64,000 nucleotides of DNA from a virus (lineage: Duplodnaviria; Caudoviricetes), in the IMG/VR virus record IMGVR_UViG_3300037420_000828, positions 4,400-68,399 of that record; one strand, 5' to 3'. Positions within the stretch are counted from its first letter, which is position 1, and every line of letters begins with the position of its first letter. This document shows positions 61,301-64,000 of this stretch, one piece after another. The position numbers and the translations under genes are program-made. The notes beneath the pieces are model-generated. The model was not told the origin of the DNA. It worked only from the letters and a program-made list of their open reading frames with translations, and searched no databases.

Positions 61301-63856
61301 GACGTCTACCAGCGGAGGAATCAGCTGCACCGCCAGATCCACCAGCTGCGGCAGCAGCGGCGCAATCGAGGTCACCAGCTGAGCCCAGGCGTCGATCAGG
61401 TCGGGCAGCAGCGGTGCGAGCTGGTTGATGGCTCCGACCAGCGCGTTCGCGATCGTCGTGGCGACCTGCGCCAGGATCGGGGCCATGGCGTTGAACACCG
61501 GGGTCAGCTGCTGAGCGACTTGCTGAATGACCGGCGCGAAGGCATTGAAGATCGTGGTCAGGGCCGGGGCCAGAGCGCCGACGATGTCGGCGACGAGGGT
61601 GGCGATGACGGGCAGGATCGGCGCGAGGGCGTTCGCCAGCGCGACGAAGGCATCGGCCAGCGGGCCGATGGCCGGGGCGAGGGCGTCCAGGACCTGAGCC
61701 AGAGTGGTGCCGAGGAGCTGGATGAACTGCGACAGCGGCGGAATCAGCGGCATGAGGGCGTTGCCCAGGCTGATCAGCAGCTGCGCGAGTACCGGCAGGA
61801 TCGGCTCCAGGCCCTTGATCAGGGCGTCCAGGAACGGACCCAGGACCGGCATGATCCGGGTGAGCGAGTCCGCGAAGGTCCGGCCGATGTCTCCGAGGGC
61901 CGGACCGATCGTGGTGATGACGTTGCCGAGCGCGGTGAACAGCGGACCCAGCGCGGGCATCACCTTCGCGCCGATGTCGAGCAGCTGGGTGACCAGCGCG
62001 CCGACCAGGTCCGAGACTCCCTTGAGAGTGCCCTCGAACCCGGTGAATATCTTGTCCAGAGTGCCGTCTCCGGCCGCGCCGGAGAACGCCTTCGCGATCG
62101 AGGTGCCGATGTCGCCGAAGGCGTGGCCGATGCCCTCCAGGTGCGGCAGTGCCGTCGCTGCCACGCTCGCCAGGGCCTGACCGAAGCCCTCGGCTCCGTC
62201 GCGGGCACCCTTGATGAACTGCGCCGCCCCGGCGAAGGAATCGGAGATCAGCTGGATGCCGGTCTGGCTGCGGGCGAACTGGAAGAATCCCTGCGCTATG
62301 CCGTTGAGCTGGTCGGCGACGCCCTTCATCCCCGCCGCCAGGACGGGGATGACGGCGGTGGCGGTGTCGCGGAGCTGGTTGCCGAGGTTGGCGAACAGGG
62401 AGTCCTGGACGGCCTTGCGCGCCGCCTCCAGCGTAGGAGCGATGTCCTTGGCCGCCAGGACGAACGCCTGTGCGTTCGGGCTCAGCTTGGCCATGGCCTC
62501 GCTGAACTTGTCGGCGGAGGAGCTGCCCTTCTGGTGGGCCTTGGTCAGGTTCTCCTGGGCCTTGGCGACCGCCTCGTTGGCCTTGACGACACCCTTCTGG
62601 GCCTGCTCTACGGCCCGGTCCGCCTTCTCCTGCTGCTTCTTCGCAGCCACGACCTCGGGGGCCTGGTCGATGCCCTTCTGCTGAGCGTCGTTGGCCTCGT
62701 CCTGGAGCTTCTTGCCCGCCTCCTGGGCCTTCTGGAGATTGAACTCGGCGCGCTGGACCGCCAGCACGGCCCGCTCCTGCTCCAGGGGGTCCTTGAATCC
62801 GCCCTTGGCCAGCTTCTGCCGGGCCTCGGCGAGGTTGAGCGCCGCCTCGCGCTCGTTGAGGTTGGCCTCCTGGAGGCTTTCGCGGTAGCCGTCCAGCCGC
62901 TCCTGCGCGGTCTTGTAGGCGTCGGCGACGCTCTTCGCGGCGTCGGCCGCGCTCTCCTGGGCGTCGGTCAGAGACTGCTGGGCTGTGTCTACGCCCTCGT
63001 AGGCGGACTTGAGCTGATCCTGCGCGGCGCTGACGGCCTCGGCCTGGGCCTTGGAGTCGGCAGCGGCGTTGGCCGACACATCCGACATCGCCGAGAAGGC
63101 ATCCTTGATGCCCTTGAAGCCCACGACGGCCGTCGCACCGATAGCCGCCATCGCCGGGCCGAGACCCGCGAGCGCGCCAGCGAGGCCCCCTACTGCCCCC
63201 GCAGCGGCTCCGGCCGCACCTGCGATACCGGCGAACGCCGCGCCGCCCACCGCGATCTTGCCGAGGGCCGAGACCACCCCGCCGATCGAGCCCGACATGC
63301 TGCGAAGGTTGGAGTCGGCGGTGCGGGCGGAGTCGCTGTTGACGTTGAGATTGACGTTGCGGTCACGCAGTTCCCGCATGGACATCGCGACACGCGCCAG
63401 AGCGGCCTCGTCCGCTTCGACGTCGATCTTGATCTTGATGTCTTTGTCGGTGAGGTTCTTGATGGACCGCAGCGCCGGACCGATGGCCGCCAGCTTCGCC
63501 ACATCGGAGTCCGATATGTCGACGTTGACCTTGACCTTGATGTCGCTGTCGGTCGCGGACCGGAGAGCCCGCAGCGCGGGGGCCAGGCTCTGGAGCCGGG
63601 CCACGTCCGCGTCACTGATGTCGAGCTGGACCTTCGCCTTGATGTCCAGGTTCGCCGCTCGGAGCTTCTGCTGGGCGGCGCGTATGGCGGCGGTGGTGTC
63701 GATATCCGACACCTGGGCCTTGACGTTGAGAGGCTTGGCGTTGAGCTTGGTCTGGACCTGGGCCAGCGCCGGGGTCAGCGCGCGGTTGAGCTCAGCCGCG
63801 ATACCGCTGGCGTCGATTCCGACGCCGAAGTTGATCTGTCCGACTGAGATGGCCAC
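58319..63856 (-). CDS. Tape measure protein
   Basis: 1845 aa, Ala-rich helical, amphipathic repeats; embedded NlpC/P60-like motif. Confidence 0.95.
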   Translation of the reverse strand: MAISVGQINFGVGIDASGIAAELNRALTPALAQVQTKLNAKPLNVKAQVSDIDTTAAIRAAQQKLRAANLDIKAKVQLDISDADVARLQSLAPALRALRSATDSDIKVKVNVDISDSDVAKLAAIGPALRSIKNLTDKDIKIKIDVEADEAALARVAMSMRELRDRNVNLNVNSDSARTADSNLRSMSGSIGGVVSALGKIAVGGAAFAGIAGAAGAAAGAVGGLAGALAGLGPAMAAIGATAVVGFKGIKDAFSAMSDVSANAAADSKAQAEAVSAAQDQLKSAYEGVDTAQQSLTDAQESAADAAKSVADAYKTAQERLDGYRESLQEANLNEREAALNLAEARQKLAKGGFKDPLEQERAVLAVQRAEFNLQKAQEAGKKLQDEANDAQQKGIDQAPEVVAAKKQQEKADRAVEQAQKGVVKANEAVAKAQENLTKAHQKGSSSADKFSEAMAKLSPNAQAFVLAAKDIAPTLEAARKAVQDSLFANLGNQLRDTATAVIPVLAAGMKGVADQLNGIAQGFFQFARSQTGIQLISDSFAGAAQFIKGARDGAEGFGQALASVAATALPHLEGIGHAFGDIGTSIAKAFSGAAGDGTLDKIFTGFEGTLKGVSDLVGALVTQLLDIGAKVMPALGPLFTALGNVITTIGPALGDIGRTFADSLTRIMPVLGPFLDALIKGLEPILPVLAQLLISLGNALMPLIPPLSQFIQLLGTTLAQVLDALAPAIGPLADAFVALANALAPILPVIATLVADIVGALAPALTTIFNAFAPVIQQVAQQLTPVFNAMAPILAQVATTIANALVGAINQLAPLLPDLIDAWAQLVTSIAPLLPQLVDLAVQLIPPLVDVLKLLIPVLTDVINIFTWLVNNVLIPIVQPAIADMKERFQDFGDAVHGTIDWLQNTVFPALGHAVDTVRGWFSTAVEAIGNIWDGLRDKAAGPVNFVIGTVWNNGLLKAWSSIDNLLGGILPDAVQLPLIPTRATGGPLTYFGSGGSGNGTKDDILFWGSNNEHVITSAEVMAAGGQNVIYAIRDMIARGIPFTWDNGKLISDLGRDNLQRYGAAVKAKGVGNVPPEGLFDQLTGIPKHATGGVIMPWMNQLKAGHDFARAQNGKAYQWAGPRFVGDSFDCSGFMGSVIAAILGDDPWRRYWSTSTFSGYPQVGAQGLVKNLFDGVGMVVGITDDPGGPGGGHTAGELRGIPELNIPAARVESGGDIGDVHYGRGTNPASFASIYGLPIGANGFFQPSPGGGGSVGPSVADQSSFITKVIESAIKAATDPVRDTLKGAGWQPPPAIRGLPIAALDGTTHFFAETAGKAVTGLGSLVGGVWQRAHDLGGSALDAGKSLFHRLTPFDTGGLANGTGFLAKNTIEPERILSPEQTKLFEALVQALSKIASGGLSAAAQAAQTVTVDLSKASVDALRLSSGIDAHKIDQTAVDTKFMEIVAQIDQGQKDTVELISNTAAETQRTQTSSDLAQQAAADAQMKQLLDIASKLSNDVLGPLLSAAVNAGTDFINGLIDGLGKDVVNAVNGTTRAVNNLADSPTPTGTPAPPAFGAPGSAFDAASEVAKAVESVSSAATAAFNKVRDEVVSAALKQTRSKAGESKGLLGKDISGGYLVDLIVQLTGVEIEVRDLLENTYDEIQKFREGSFNGFDENGQLISDTAALVQRTATSMELAQSEQERIQKALIKAVIKYLIVNVLIPIITAILGAMITLATTAIGAAIGSAIPIIGTAIGAAIGAAIGAALSGLAAVFTGVLAVGAGAAIDSFDEGGIAPGLGYMPKNTIAPERVLSPRQTTAFETLVGILDGKGGNRSVNVGSMTINGTGAAEKSADRLLTLLNT

Positions 63857-63879
63857 GCCGCCAGACTATCGGCGTGGCC
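63851..63879 (-). promoter_or_regulatory. Leaderless-type promoter: -10 TAGTCT 6 nt before the tape measure GTG, inside a 10-bp inverted repeat
   Basis: GGCCACGCCG-N9-CGGCGTGGCC. Confidence 0.5.
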
Positions 63880-63886
63880 CGCAGCT

Positions 63887-64000
63887 CTAGCTCGCCTCGA
63901 TCTGCGCGACGCGCATGTTCACCAGGGCCTGGACGAGCGACTGGATCGACATCTCGGTGTCCGGGCGCATCAGCTCCATGATCACCTTGCCCAGGGACTG
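63887..64000 (-). CDS. 3' end of the gene upstream of the tape measure (tail assembly region), truncated by the window
   Basis: ...QSLGKVIMELMRPDTEMSIQSLVQALVNMRVAQIEAS-stop. Confidence 0.6.
   Translation of the reverse strand, partial: QSLGKVIMELMRPDTEMSIQSLVQALVNMRVAQIEAS

Larger units (their letters stand above)
1..64000. mobile_element. Tailed dsDNA actinobacteriophage genome segment (cluster B-like siphovirus architecture), apparently circularly permuted
   Basis: Terminase, portal, protease, capsid, tape measure, minor tail, lysins, PolA, primase-helicase and RuvC are all present; no host housekeeping genes; no integrase seen. Confidence 0.95.

Noticed and set aside
59852-63847. 1331-aa plus-strand ORF
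   Set aside because: Antisense shadow of the tape measure gene; high-GC codon bias keeps the opposite frame open; no protein motifs

Overview
The whole window is one high-GC tailed phage genome segment (siphovirus-type actinobacteriophage), not host chromosome. Its gene content and order resemble the mycobacteriophage cluster B-type architecture: separate capsid hexamer and pentamer genes, a MuF-protease fusion, family A DNA polymerase, primase-helicase, RuvC and a long tape measure. A lysin B points to a mycolic-acid-bearing host (inference). Both window ends lie in minus-strand virion genes (head genes at left, tape measure at right), so the sequence looks circularly permuted, with the head-tail connector and major tail genes outside the window. 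No integrase, CI-like repressor, CRISPR array or rRNA is visible. Main points of interest: (1) a five-gene DNA hypermodification operon at 19.7-23.8 kb (ParB-like, TET/JBP dioxygenase, aGPT-PPlase2/amino acid:DNA transferase, an unknown-domain/beta-hydroxylase fusion, P-loop kinase) with no methyltransferase or dUMP hydroxymethylase in the window; (2) 14 promoter-like sites whose 17-bp spacer carries the palindrome GCACG-N5-CGTG(C/T), several within near-identical promoter-RBS-ATG cassettes; (3) a second class of apparently leaderless promoters, some with the -10 box inside an inverted repeat that overlaps the start codon; (4) a candidate -1 frameshift (C CCT TTC plus stem) in a chaperone-like gene pair downstream of the tail genes; (5) an orphan HicA-like gene, a second ParB-like gene and an atypical tRNA-Phe. 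All product calls come from motif recognition by eye; no database searches were run, and start sites were adjusted manually from the ORF track.
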